A stretch of 63,993 bases of DNA, the filler included. It is 8 parts of 8 records of this genome, joined end to end, with 100 filler letters (N's around TTAATTAATTAA, not from the genome) between each part and the next. Parts side by side here need not be neighbours in the genome. Positions count along the whole stretch, not along the records: positions 8,705 to 20,127 come from SRR31147125_53019; 7 more parts are not named here. One strand, 5' to 3'. The notes under the pieces are model-generated. The model saw only the letters and a list, made by a program, of their open reading frames with translations. It searched no databases and was not told the origin of the DNA. Shown in pieces: positions 9,677 through 19,382 of this stretch (position 1 is the stretch's first letter; every line of letters begins with the position of its first letter). The position numbers and the translations under genes were made by a program.

Positions 9677-10701
9677 ATCTGTCATTTGATTTAAATTCAA
9701 TTTGGTTTTTTCTTGTCGGGATCTTGTTTGCCGGTTATGCTGTCCTGGATGGTTTTGATCTTGGCATTGGAGCATTACATTTATTGACAAAAACAGATAC
9801 TGAAAGACGTATAATGCTAAACTCAATTGGCCCGATTTGGGATGGCAATGAAGTTTGGCTTGTGACCGGAGGCGGGGCTTTATTTGCTGCCTTTCCCGAA
9901 GTATATGCTACTGCCTTTTCCGGATTTTACATGGCGTTCATGTTGCTCTTATTCGGGCTCATATTCAGGGCTGTGGCTATTGATTTCAGAAGTAAACAAC
10001 CAATGAAATGGTGGAGACAATTATGGGATGTCAGTTTTAGTGTCAGCAGTATCTTGTCCGCTTTTTTAATTGGGGTGGCACTGGGAAATATTGCCTGGGG
10101 CATTCCTTTAGATAAGAACCATGAATTTACCGGCACATTTTGGAGTTTGTTGCACCCTTATGCAATACTCGTGGGTATAACAACTGTCGCATTATTCATG
10201 ATGCATGGTGCCATATATGGAGTATTAAAAACCGAAGGGGAGCTACAAGACCGAATACGCAGCTGGATCAGAAATACCATGATTTTCTTTATCATTAGCT
10301 ATGTAACAGTTACCATGGCTACCCTTTTATACGTTCCCAACATGACGAATCACCTCAAACAAAGTCCACTTCTTTTTGTTATACCTTTGTTGAATATGCT
10401 GGCAATAGCCAATTTACCGCGCGAGATTTATCGCGGAAAAAATTTCAATGCATTTCTTTCATCCTGTTTCACAGTCACAAGTTTATTGGCTTTGTTTGGA
10501 ATAGGAATGTATCCGGACATGATTTTTTCGAATCCCGATTCTGCAAATAGTCTTAACATTTACAACGCTGCCTCTTCAGCAAAAACGCTGCAAATCATGT
10601 TGACCATTGCCATTTTGGGAATTCCCATCGTGCTGGCATACACAACAAGTATTTACTGGATTTTTAGAGGAAAAGTGAAACTCGATTCTACAAGTTATTA
10701 A
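9673..10701 (+). CDS. cydB: Cytochrome bd oxidase subunit II
   Basis: LDGFDLG and GPIWDGNEVW motifs; overlaps the cydA stop. Confidence 0.96.
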   Translation: MNLSFDLNSIWFFLVGILFAGYAVLDGFDLGIGALHLLTKTDTERRIMLNSIGPIWDGNEVWLVTGGGALFAAFPEVYATAFSGFYMAFMLLLFGLIFRAVAIDFRSKQPMKWWRQLWDVSFSVSSILSAFLIGVALGNIAWGIPLDKNHEFTGTFWSLLHPYAILVGITTVALFMMHGAIYGVLKTEGELQDRIRSWIRNTMIFFIISYVTVTMATLLYVPNMTNHLKQSPLLFVIPLLNMLAIANLPREIYRGKNFNAFLSSCFTVTSLLALFGIGMYPDMIFSNPDSANSLNIYNAASSAKTLQIMLTIAILGIPIVLAYTTSIYWIFRGKVKLDSTSY

Positions 10702-11006
10702 CCGACCAATTTTATCGGTCCTTTAAATCGCCATGTTTATTTTATGGCAGTTATTAGACGATTCAAGGTCAAAAATCAGTTCTTTTTTAAAAAAACTGGA
10801 ATTATTAGTAGCAAAACTTTATTAAATATAATAGTTAAGCACTCATAAATATTAAAAAAATTCATACAGGCATTATATACAAAACAAGTCTGGAATTTTT
10901 GATTCCAATTTTGAGTGCAATGTTCACTTTCTTTCGTTATTGTTTCATAGAAAAAGATTTTTTAACTCATAGCGGTTATTGCAAAAGCTATACAAAAGGA
11001 GCAAGT

Positions 11007-12170
11007 ATGAAAATTTCAGTTCCAAAAGAAATTTTTCCAGGGGAAAGACGCGTTGCTCTTGTTCCAGGTGCCCTTTCTAAAATCACTAAAGCCGGATTTG
11101 AAATCTTTATAGAAAAGGGGGCTGGTGAAGGTTCTTATTATCTCGATAAAAAATATGAAGAAGCAGGAGCAAAAATCGTTTCCACTCTTGAGAAATTATA
11201 CGAAAAAACGGATGTCATTCTTAAGGTTCGCCCGCCAGTTATCAATAAATCAAGCAAGATTAATGAGCTGAAAAAAATGCCTGAAAGTGCGATTCTTATA
11301 TGCTTTCTTGAGACGCTTCGCAATCCGGATATTGCTACAGAGCTGTCCCGTCGAAAAATCACCAGTTTTAGCATGGACACGATACCTCGAATTAGCCGGG
11401 CCCAAAGTATGGACGCTCTGTCATCACAGGCATCAGCTGCTGGTTACAAGGCAGTCCTTATTGCAGCACAAACGGCGAAAAAATTCTTTCCAATGCTCAC
11501 AACAGCTGCCGGTACCATTCCACCTGCAAAGGTGTTTGTTATAGGGGCTGGTGTTGCCGGTTTACAAGCTATTGCAACGGCAAAACGACTTGGAGCAACA
11601 GTTGAGGGATTTGATATACGGGCAGCAGCCAAAGAAGAGGTGGAAAGCCTTGGCGCAAAATTTATTGATGCACAGCTCGAAGAAGAAACAGAAGCAAAAG
11701 GTGGTTACGCAAAAGAAATTTCCCAAGAAGCAAAACAGCGTGAGCATGAGATTATGCATGATCACGTAGCTAAAGCAGACGTTGTCATCACAACAGCCCA
11801 GGTTCCGGGTAAAAAGGCACCTTTACTGGTCACAAAGGATATGATAAAGGATATGAAACCTGGCAGCGTGCTGGTCGATCTTGCCGTAGAACAAGGCGGA
11901 AATATCGAGCTTTCAAAAGCTGGAGAGCATGTTGATTTTGAGGGTAAAACAATTATTGGACCTCTCAATCTGACCAGTGAGATGGCCATGCATACCAGTC
12001 AAATGTATGCGCGTAATATATCCACTCTGTTATTACACCTAGTCAAAGAAGGTCAATTGAATCTTGATTTTGAGGATGAAATCACCAGTGGTTGTTGCAT
12101 CACCCACAATGGTGAGATTATTCATGAATTAACAAAAAATCTGTTATCCCAAGAGAAAAAACAGGGTTAA
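11007..12170 (+). CDS. pntAA: NAD(P) transhydrogenase alpha subunit part 1
   Basis: PKE...ERRVAL, RAQSMDALSSQ and GAGVAG motifs; AGGAG ribosome-binding site before ATG 11007. Confidence 0.95.
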   Translation: MKISVPKEIFPGERRVALVPGALSKITKAGFEIFIEKGAGEGSYYLDKKYEEAGAKIVSTLEKLYEKTDVILKVRPPVINKSSKINELKKMPESAILICFLETLRNPDIATELSRRKITSFSMDTIPRISRAQSMDALSSQASAAGYKAVLIAAQTAKKFFPMLTTAAGTIPPAKVFVIGAGVAGLQAIATAKRLGATVEGFDIRAAAKEEVESLGAKFIDAQLEEETEAKGGYAKEISQEAKQREHEIMHDHVAKADVVITTAQVPGKKAPLLVTKDMIKDMKPGSVLVDLAVEQGGNIELSKAGEHVDFEGKTIIGPLNLTSEMAMHTSQMYARNISTLLLHLVKEGQLNLDFEDEITSGCCITHNGEIIHELTKNLLSQEKKQG

Positions 12171-12239
12171 TCATAACAGAAACCGGATTAAAATGACCAT
12201 CATTATATTTAGATAAATGAACATTGAAAGGAACATCTT

Positions 12240-12533
12240 ATGCCTGAAGAACTGCTCGTCGGACTGACTATATTTGTATTGTCCATGTTCGTAGGTTTTG
12301 AGGTTATCACAAAAGTGCCACCAACATTGCACACGCCACTGATGTCTGGAGCAAATGCGATATCAGGTATTGCCATTATTGGCGCAATTTTGGTGACCGG
12401 ACGTAATGCAATGCAATTGGAAGTCATATTAGGAGTAATAGCCGTTGTTTTTGCTACAATTAATGTCGTCGGCGGTTTTTTAGTAACCGACCGGATGCTG
12501 CAAATGTTTAAAAAGAAATCAAACGAAAAGTGA
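12240..12533 (+). CDS. pntAB: NAD(P) transhydrogenase alpha subunit part 2
   Basis: VPPTLHTPLMSGANAISG and GGFLVTDRML motifs. Confidence 0.95.
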   Translation: MPEELLVGLTIFVLSMFVGFEVITKVPPTLHTPLMSGANAISGIAIIGAILVTGRNAMQLEVILGVIAVVFATINVVGGFLVTDRMLQMFKKKSNEK

Positions 12534-12543
12534 GAAAAAATCA

Positions 12544-13944
12544 ATGGATGGATTATCAACTTTCATTGCCTTATCCTACCTCGTAGCGGCTTCCTTTTTT
12601 ATTTTGGGATTGAAATATATGAGTTCTCCTGCCACAGCAAGAAGGGGGAATTTGTTTGCAGCCATTGCCATGTTCATTGCTATCGTTGTGACGCTTCTTG
12701 ATCGTGAAATTGTGAGTTTTAACTGGATCATAATAGGAGTTATTATTGGTTCATTAATCGGCACTTTTTCAGCACGTTTGGTAAAAATGACAGACATGCC
12801 CCAAATGGTCGGTATATTCAACGGATTTGGTGGAGGTGCATCCGCTCTTGTTGCTATTGCTGAATTTGTACGTCTGACATCCCTGCCAAACGCTGTGGTG
12901 CCTATGGATACATCTATCACGACGATTCTCGGTGTCATCATTGGAGGTATTACTTTTAGTGGCAGCATGATCGCGTTTGGAAAATTACAGGGAATCGTAT
13001 CCGGAGCACCGGTAAAATTACCCCTGCAAAATGTAATTAGCGCGCTTATATTGGTGGCAACAGTCATTGCAAGTATTTATATCGTTGCCATTACACCCGC
13101 TACCAGTATTTTTTATCTTATTATCGGCCTCGCCCTCTTGTACGGTATATTATTGGTATTACCAATCGGAGGTGCTGATATGCCGGTTGTGATTTCACTT
13201 CTTAATTCATTTTCAGGCCTTGCAGCCTGCGCAGCAGGATTTGTAGTAAAAAACAATGTTTTAATCATTTCCGGTTCCCTGGTTGGCTCGGCTGGACTCA
13301 TATTAACTCAGATTATGTGTAAAGCAATGAATCGCTCATTAACCAACGTGCTCTTCAGTGCCTTTGGAACAGGAGACATGGTAGCAGGAAGTACAACAGC
13401 AACCGGTGATAAATCAGCGAAATCAGTTGATTCGGAAGAAGCGTCAATGGTGATCGGCTATGCTCAGTCTGTCATCATCATACCAGGTTATGGCATGGCA
13501 GCGGCTCAGGCGCAGCATGCTGTTCGAGAACTCACCGAGCTATTACAAAGTCGGGGTGTTGAAGTGAAATTTGCAATACATCCGGTTGCAGGACGTATGC
13601 CCGGGCATATGAATGTCTTGCTGGCAGAGGCCAATGTACCCTACAACCTGTTATATGATATGGATGACATTAATCCTGAATTTCCACATACCGATGTTGT
13701 GCTTGTTATTGGTGCAAATGATGTTATAAATCCAGCAGCACGTAGTGACAAAAGCAGTCCAATCTATGGTATGCCTATTCTTGATGCAGATAAGGCTCGT
13801 AACGTGATCATCGTCAAGCGTAGTCTGAATCCCGGTTTTGCCGGTATTGATAATGAATTGTTTTATGATACACGAACGCTTATGTATTTTGGTGGTGCAC
13901 GAGAAAAGGTGCAGGAACTTGTAAGTGAAGTGAAAAAATTATAA
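12544..13944 (+). CDS. pntB: NAD(P) transhydrogenase beta subunit
   Basis: GGADMPVVISLLNS and HPVAGRMPGHMNVLLAEA motifs. Confidence 0.96.
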   Translation: MDGLSTFIALSYLVAASFFILGLKYMSSPATARRGNLFAAIAMFIAIVVTLLDREIVSFNWIIIGVIIGSLIGTFSARLVKMTDMPQMVGIFNGFGGGASALVAIAEFVRLTSLPNAVVPMDTSITTILGVIIGGITFSGSMIAFGKLQGIVSGAPVKLPLQNVISALILVATVIASIYIVAITPATSIFYLIIGLALLYGILLVLPIGGADMPVVISLLNSFSGLAACAAGFVVKNNVLIISGSLVGSAGLILTQIMCKAMNRSLTNVLFSAFGTGDMVAGSTTATGDKSAKSVDSEEASMVIGYAQSVIIIPGYGMAAAQAQHAVRELTELLQSRGVEVKFAIHPVAGRMPGHMNVLLAEANVPYNLLYDMDDINPEFPHTDVVLVIGANDVINPAARSDKSSPIYGMPILDADKARNVIIVKRSLNPGFAGIDNELFYDTRTLMYFGGAREKVQELVSEVKKL

Positions 13945-13980
13945 AACCTGGTCGTAATATTATTTAAGCAAAAAATACAG

Positions 13981-14003
13981 GCGGGATGCATGTCCCGCTT
14001 TTT
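13981..14003 (+). terminator. Rho-independent terminator of the pnt operon
   Basis: GCGGGAT-GCAT-GTCCCGC hairpin followed by a T tract. Confidence 0.8.
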
Positions 14004-14197
14004 CTTACTCCGATAAAAGTAATGATTTTTTCAAACAGAAGAACCGTCTTTCTCGTGATACTTTATATTTTTTTCACTTTTTGCTTTGTAGCCGACATAA
14101 AAAGAATCAACTAACCGCATTCATGTGACTCATTTTGGGACAATTATGTCACATCATATATTTTTTTGAAATTAATCCTGATTTTTTAAAATAATTG

Positions 14198-14226
14198 TTG
14201 CTTTCAAGGGACAAATGTTTTATATT
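14198..14226 (+). promoter_or_regulatory. Sigma70-type promoter
   Basis: TTGCTT-17 nt-TATATT, about 590 nt upstream of the kinase gene. Confidence 0.55.
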
Positions 14227-14299
14227 TCTATAGCCAGGTAAGCAGTTTTTACAAAAAAATGGCAAGTGCTTTTTCTAAAGATACGATTCCTCTGTTACC

Positions 14300-14507
14300 T
14301 TCAGCCCATGTCCATACATCAAATTGCAGCAACAGGTGGCGTCCGAGGGGTAGGTTTGGGTTATAGTGATTGATGGAATTGTTTTTATGCACATATTATC
14401 CTTTTTAATATGAACCCCGGATACAATTTCCAGATCAAATGGTATTGTTGTGGGCTCAAAAAAGGATGCATAAAACAAAAAATGGCTTCGCAGGTGGATG
14501 GGTTGAA
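14300..14507 (+). ncRNA. Candidate structured RNA or 5' leader (unclassified)
   Basis: Nested inverted repeats: TTCAGCCCAT/ATGGGTTGAA, TTTTATGCA/TGCATAAAA, TCCTTTTT/AAAAAGGA and ACAAT/ATTGT. Confidence 0.35.
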
Positions 14508-14818
14508 ATCTCATAATAGTCGAGACTCTCAGGAATCACTCCACCAAAGATAAAACTCCCCAATAAACCTATCTCCCCAATGGATTGGTAACAGTTCATT
14601 ACACCAAAAATAATTTAGTTCAAAATCTTGTTGTATCAGGATGTTAACTGGATATATTTCATTTGGATAAATCATTTCAAAATATAAAAATCAAACCATA
14701 TCCAGGCAATTATTTATAATCATGCCAACTTGTTTGTCATGACATATACAGTACATGAAGGTACCCTCCTCCATGTACTCAATAAAATAGAAACCAAAAG
14801 GCTTCCTATTTCAACTGA

Positions 14819-15886
14819 GTGAGGCATCAAGTGGAAAATAATTATCAAAGAATCTACTTGAACAACGATTTGACAATTTTCGATACTGTGGGATCGTTAT
14901 TTGATGATTTGGGTATATTTATAAACATCGAGAAAAAAGAACACATTGCAGAGCATTTTCCAAAATCCTGGCACAAATCCTTTACGGAAAATTGTTCACG
15001 AGCGCTGGAGAATGGAAAAACAACCACACATGAGTATCACATTCGGACGAAATCGCAGGGAACGGTAAAGCTCTCTGTAACACTAGAGCCAGATGCCAAA
15101 GATGGTTGCATAACCGGAATCATTGCCACATTTAGAGATGCTGTTGTTATAAATCGTTCCAATCACCATGTGATATTAAAAAATAAAATGAATACCTTGT
15201 CTGATTTAGCGGCCAATATCGCAGAGGAATTAAATGATCCGCTATCAACTCTGCTAAATCGGATTGGAGGTCTGCTGATGCAAAAATTTACAGCCAGGGA
15301 TCTGGGCAGACTTCGAACTGAACTTTTAGCCATACAGGAATCAATCTATTCGATGTCTCTCATTACAAATGCATTAGAAGCGTTTAGTAATGAAACAAAA
15401 TCCAGTTTTCGGTTTTTGAATATCAACACAATAATCGAAAAATCAGTTGAACTTGTCAAACTTTTGAGATTAAACAGTAATGTAACATATCAGTTAAAAC
15501 TATCGGATTATTTACCACGGGTTAAAGGCAATGAGATCACACTCGAACAAAGTTTGATTAATATTCTTAAAAATGCCATAGAAGCGATGCCCGAAGGTGG
15601 TACATTGACGGTTCAAAGCTACATTGATAAGGCAATGCCTGATTACATTCATATTTTGATCAAGGATACAGGTATCGGTATCCCCAGTGAGAATCTGGAA
15701 AAGATTTTTGATCCATTTTACAAGACAAAAAAGAACGATCACTCGGGATTAGGCTTAACGATTAGTTATGGAATTATTTCAGACCATGGTGGAGTGCTTG
15801 AAATAAGTAGCAAGATCGACAAAGGAACTCGAGTATCGATATTTTTACCTACCACTAACAATATAAAACATATGGGGAGAGCGTGA
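14819..15886 (+). CDS. Histidine-kinase-like protein with PAS-like N-terminus; phospho-His replaced by Glu
   Basis: H-box reads IAEELNDPL; N (NILKNA), G1 (DTGIGI), F and G2 (GLGL) boxes are intact. Confidence 0.88.
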   Translation: MRHQVENNYQRIYLNNDLTIFDTVGSLFDDLGIFINIEKKEHIAEHFPKSWHKSFTENCSRALENGKTTTHEYHIRTKSQGTVKLSVTLEPDAKDGCITGIIATFRDAVVINRSNHHVILKNKMNTLSDLAANIAEELNDPLSTLLNRIGGLLMQKFTARDLGRLRTELLAIQESIYSMSLITNALEAFSNETKSSFRFLNINTIIEKSVELVKLLRLNSNVTYQLKLSDYLPRVKGNEITLEQSLINILKNAIEAMPEGGTLTVQSYIDKAMPDYIHILIKDTGIGIPSENLEKIFDPFYKTKKNDHSGLGLTISYGIISDHGGVLEISSKIDKGTRVSIFLPTTNNIKHMGRA

Positions 15887-17304
15887 GGATGCGGAAGATG
15901 ATAAACGACAACAAAATATTAGTTATCGATGATGATGACCTTTTCCTAAAATCTGTAGTCAAAGTTTTAAAAACAGCCAAGTATGATTGTATCACTGCTT
16001 CAAATTCGTTGGAGGGAATCGAATTATTTCAATCAAAACGCCCTCTTGTTGTTCTAACGGATCTGCAAATGGAACACTTGAAATCCGGAATCGATGTACT
16101 GCAGGAAGTGAAACGAATAGATCCGGAAGCAGTCGTCATATTATTTACAGCATATGGCGATGTTCCTGATGTCGTTGATGCGTTTAAAAGAGGAGCATTT
16201 GATTTTATTCAAAAGTTACAAACGACACACGATATTATTCTCCCAATAGAACGTGCGTTCAAATATGCCCGCATGCAAAATGAAAACGCTTACTTGAGAA
16301 GTAAACTCGACCTATCTCAGGATGGAATTTTTTATGGTGGAGTAGGAACCAGTCCTATTATGAGAGAAGTCTTTGAAAAAGCCAAAAGAGTTGCGCAAAC
16401 CAATGCAACAATTCTCATTACCGGAGAAACAGGCACAGGAAAAGAAGTCATCGCCAAAGGCATGCACCACTATAGTAACAGGCGCGATGAATCATTTGTT
16501 CCAGTAGCTGTGGGCACGTTGCCGGATAATCTTTTAGAGGGAGAATTGTTCGGACACAATAAAGGTGCTTTTACAGGTGCGACCATGGACAAACCAGGTT
16601 TATTTGAAGCGGCTGATAAAGGGACATTGTTTCTCGATGAAATTGCCGAAGTCAGCCTGGATTTGCAGCATAAATTACTAAGGATCCTGCAAGAGCGCAC
16701 CGTACGAAGAATAGGTAGCGTCAAGGAACGGCCGATAGATGTCCGGATAATCAGTGCGACAAATTACCGGCCGGAAGAACTGGTAAAACAAAAGAAGATG
16801 CGGGAAGATTTATTTTTCCGTCTTAATGTCATTAACATTCACATTCCCCCACTTAGATCCAGACAGGAAGATATACCAGTTCTTGCTTATCATTTTTTAA
16901 AAAAATACCAGGACACCGGATTGATAGAAGTTGAAAAAATATCAAGTGAAGCCTTGTTATTATTACAGCAGTATGACTGGCCTGGAAACGTGAGAGAATT
17001 AGAACACTGTATAGAAAGTATGGTGGCACTGGCCACCAGACCGGAATTACGTCCTGAAGACCTGCCAGAACAGATCCGGCCCAAAACAAAAAGAGTTTTT
17101 GTCGATACCAATGCTGAACTGGATTTTAAAGCTTCAAAGTCCAGAATAATTGAACAGTTTGAAAAGCAATACATCGAAGGTTTGTTGGAAAAAAACAGTG
17201 GGAATATAACCAAAGTTGCCGAAGCAGCGGGATTGAATCGAAAAACAATATACCGATTGATGGAAGCAAGAGGTATTAGATACTCCAAAAATCGCGATGA
17301 ATAA
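15883..17304 (+). CDS. Sigma54-dependent response regulator (NtrC/AtoC family)
   Basis: Receiver (DDD, TDLQM), GETGTGKE, GAFTGA, LFLDEI, WPGNVREL and a Fis-type HTH. Confidence 0.95.
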   Translation: MRMRKMINDNKILVIDDDDLFLKSVVKVLKTAKYDCITASNSLEGIELFQSKRPLVVLTDLQMEHLKSGIDVLQEVKRIDPEAVVILFTAYGDVPDVVDAFKRGAFDFIQKLQTTHDIILPIERAFKYARMQNENAYLRSKLDLSQDGIFYGGVGTSPIMREVFEKAKRVAQTNATILITGETGTGKEVIAKGMHHYSNRRDESFVPVAVGTLPDNLLEGELFGHNKGAFTGATMDKPGLFEAADKGTLFLDEIAEVSLDLQHKLLRILQERTVRRIGSVKERPIDVRIISATNYRPEELVKQKKMREDLFFRLNVINIHIPPLRSRQEDIPVLAYHFLKKYQDTGLIEVEKISSEALLLLQQYDWPGNVRELEHCIESMVALATRPELRPEDLPEQIRPKTKRVFVDTNAELDFKASKSRIIEQFEKQYIEGLLEKNSGNITKVAEAAGLNRKTIYRLMEARGIRYSKNRDE

Positions 17305-17329
17305 TAAAGTTTACCATTTTCCCACTATT

Positions 17330-17354
17330 AAAAGGGGCTTTAGGCCCCTTTTTT
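17330..17354 (+). terminator. Bidirectional intrinsic terminator
   Basis: AAAAGGGGCT-TTA-GGCCCCTTTTTT. Confidence 0.8.
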
Positions 17355-17571
17355 CATTCTGTGTCCTGCCTGCCCACTTTCAGGGACATTAACTCCCCAT
17401 TAATTTGTCTATATTTTTCAATAAGTTAGACCATCTTTACTTTCAGATTAAAGTGGCTTTCAAGTCACATTTATCTGTTTTTAAAAGGGAGCAATGCCTT
17501 GAAATCTCCATTTATTTGCGTAATTCCATTAAAAACAATACTTGCAATTAATATTACCTGAACAACTCTAT

Positions 17572-17587
17572 TGGCATAAAAATTGTA
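17572..17587 (+). promoter_or_regulatory. Putative sigma54 -24/-12 promoter
   Basis: TGGCAT-AAAAA-TTGTA (one mismatch at -12), with IHF-like TTTCAATAAGTTA at 17416-17428 and enhancer-like TGCCCACTTTCAGGGACA at 17371-17388. Confidence 0.55.
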
Positions 17588-17665
17588 TATGATACAGTAG
17601 AATTGAGAAAAACTAATAACAAATATAGAAGGTAGGGTAAGCTCTAGAGAAAGGGACACTATTAG

Positions 17666-18088
17666 ATGATGCATACGAGCACTGCAACTACTTCGGACAA
17701 GCAACTCATCATAGTCGCAACTATCAATAAAGTCATTGAAGAAGCGATAGAAAAGCAACTGAACAGCCCTAATTACGACGTACACATTATTCGCCGAGGC
17801 ACAGATGTGTTACTGGAAATTCTCGATCAAAATGTAGATCTACTCGTGCTGGATATGGAATTAGCTGGTATTATGGGTATGGAAATCCTCCCAGTCATTA
17901 GAAAAATGAGGCCCCGACTGCCTGTTATTCTGATAACAGAAGATTATACCCACAGGGTTAGAAAAATGGTGGCCGAACAGGGAATTACTTATCAAGCTTT
18001 TAAACCAAAAACCATAGCAGAAGCCAGTACAATATGTTTAGCAACAGAGGATATAATAAAAAAGAATATCTCGGCCGAAGTTTATTAA
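17666..18088 (+). CDS. Stand-alone (atypical) receiver-domain protein
   Basis: LLVLDMEL..MG.E.L and PVILIT..KP motifs; lacks the N-terminal acidic pair. Confidence 0.85.
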   Translation: MMHTSTATTSDKQLIIVATINKVIEEAIEKQLNSPNYDVHIIRRGTDVLLEILDQNVDLLVLDMELAGIMGMEILPVIRKMRPRLPVILITEDYTHRVRKMVAEQGITYQAFKPKTIAEASTICLATEDIIKKNISAEVY

Positions 18089-18118
18089 GTCTAAAGCCTT
18101 ATCTCAACAATAAAAAAA

Positions 18119-18202
18119 GCTACCAGCAAACTCGCCCAGTTCTCTCTGCTGGTAGCCTCGGGCCACGCAAGAAGAATAATTGGATTACCCAATCTCTTTT
18201 GC
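18119..18202. repeat. Two tandem hairpins downstream of the receiver gene
   Basis: GCTACCAGCA/TGCTGGTAGC perfect 10-bp stem, then GCAAGAAGA..ATTGG/CCAAT..TCTTTTGC. Confidence 0.6.
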
Positions 18203-18424
18203 AGGCGTTTTAAATTAAATAATTTATTTTCAATTGTCAATATTAAAATCACAATTTTGATTTCTCAGGCAGCGAGGGTATAAATGTAGAAAATCAGATT
18301 TTAAACTCTGGCTGATGCTTAAAAATTAACAAATTTCATTAAAAAGTAGCAACGTTTTTCACCCTCTATAAATAACAACAGCAGTAATTTTTTTCATTTT
18401 TATGATTTAAACATTTCATTTTAG

Positions 18425-18528
18425 ATCAGGTTGGTGCAGCATGCATCCAGGAACAGGCTTTTTTTCAATAGCAGCTTTGATGGTTTAACAACCATCAATT
18501 TGCACTTTCTTCTGTCACCAACCTGATT
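18425..18528. repeat. Multi-stem structured element
   Basis: ATCAGGTTGGTG/CACCAACCTGAT perfect 12-bp closing stem with internal hairpin TTGATGGTT-TAAC-AACCATCAA. Confidence 0.6.
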
Positions 18529-18655
18529 ATATTTATGTCCCCTCTTCCCTCCTTTTTATTCTTCAACAAGATGTAATATTCTCATTTGAAAATGAATTTA
18601 ATTTCGTTATCTTTATTGTTACAAGCATGAATTAAAAAAATCATTTAAAGGAATC

Positions 18656-19276
18656 ATGATGAAAAACCAAAAGAACCTGATTCTTGTCACCATTTTCATT
18701 TCACTGGCAAGTTTATTCATTGCGGGATTTGCTTTAATAACATCACACCAGGCCAAAAATCTGGCTCTATCAGACATTTCCATTGAAGAGAAAAATTCCT
18801 TTTCCACGCCTGTATCTGATCAAAATACCGGTAAAAACTCTTATTTAACAATTTATGAATTGGCAATAAGCAACCTTGGAGGACCGGATGTAGAGTTAGT
18901 CAGGTTAAGTAAAGTGAAAGAAGGAGCTGGATACATGGTTCCGTTAAAAGACCAGCAGGTCATCAATAAAGATATAGAGGCTGTTTCATTTTTAGTCGAA
19001 CCCACGATATCTGCTCTTATGAATGAGCCAAAACGTTTAAGAGAAATAACAAAAAAAGATATGGGGCCATCAGCCTCTCTGAGTGTTGCCATAAAAAATG
19101 GTGAAACAAAAACGATCCGATTCGGTATATCTCTGCAGCCTTACGATGACCAGAATAATCCCATTGCCCAGGTTGTACTGGTATCCTATAAGCTCGAGTT
19201 TAACAACGGAAAAAGCTATATTTTTCGTCGTGGATTCCCTATTAAACCATTAAAGTCCATGAGTACCACAAATTAA
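18656..19276 (+). CDS. Hypothetical protein with N-terminal membrane anchor
   Basis: 206-aa ORF with an AAAGGA ribosome-binding site and a hydrophobic N-terminal helix. Confidence 0.75.
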   Translation: MMKNQKNLILVTIFISLASLFIAGFALITSHQAKNLALSDISIEEKNSFSTPVSDQNTGKNSYLTIYELAISNLGGPDVELVRLSKVKEGAGYMVPLKDQQVINKDIEAVSFLVEPTISALMNEPKRLREITKKDMGPSASLSVAIKNGETKTIRFGISLQPYDDQNNPIAQVVLVSYKLEFNNGKSYIFRRGFPIKPLKSMSTTN

Positions 19277-19382
19277 GGCAGGTTATTTCAGGTATTATTA
19301 TCTCTTTGTTTATATCAGGGACAATTATAAAACAGTAAATACTATTTTCTTCAACTCAAAAAAAGACTGGAAACAAAAATTA

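Noticed and set aside
10912-10930. Rex operator upstream of pntAA
   Set aside because: GTG-N7-CAC spacing and flanks do not fit the Rex consensus (GTG-N8-CAC).
14300-14507. Naming the structured element 6S RNA or a known riboswitch
   Set aside because: Size is similar, but the large branched asymmetric interior, the context and the lack of recognisable motifs do not support a specific name.
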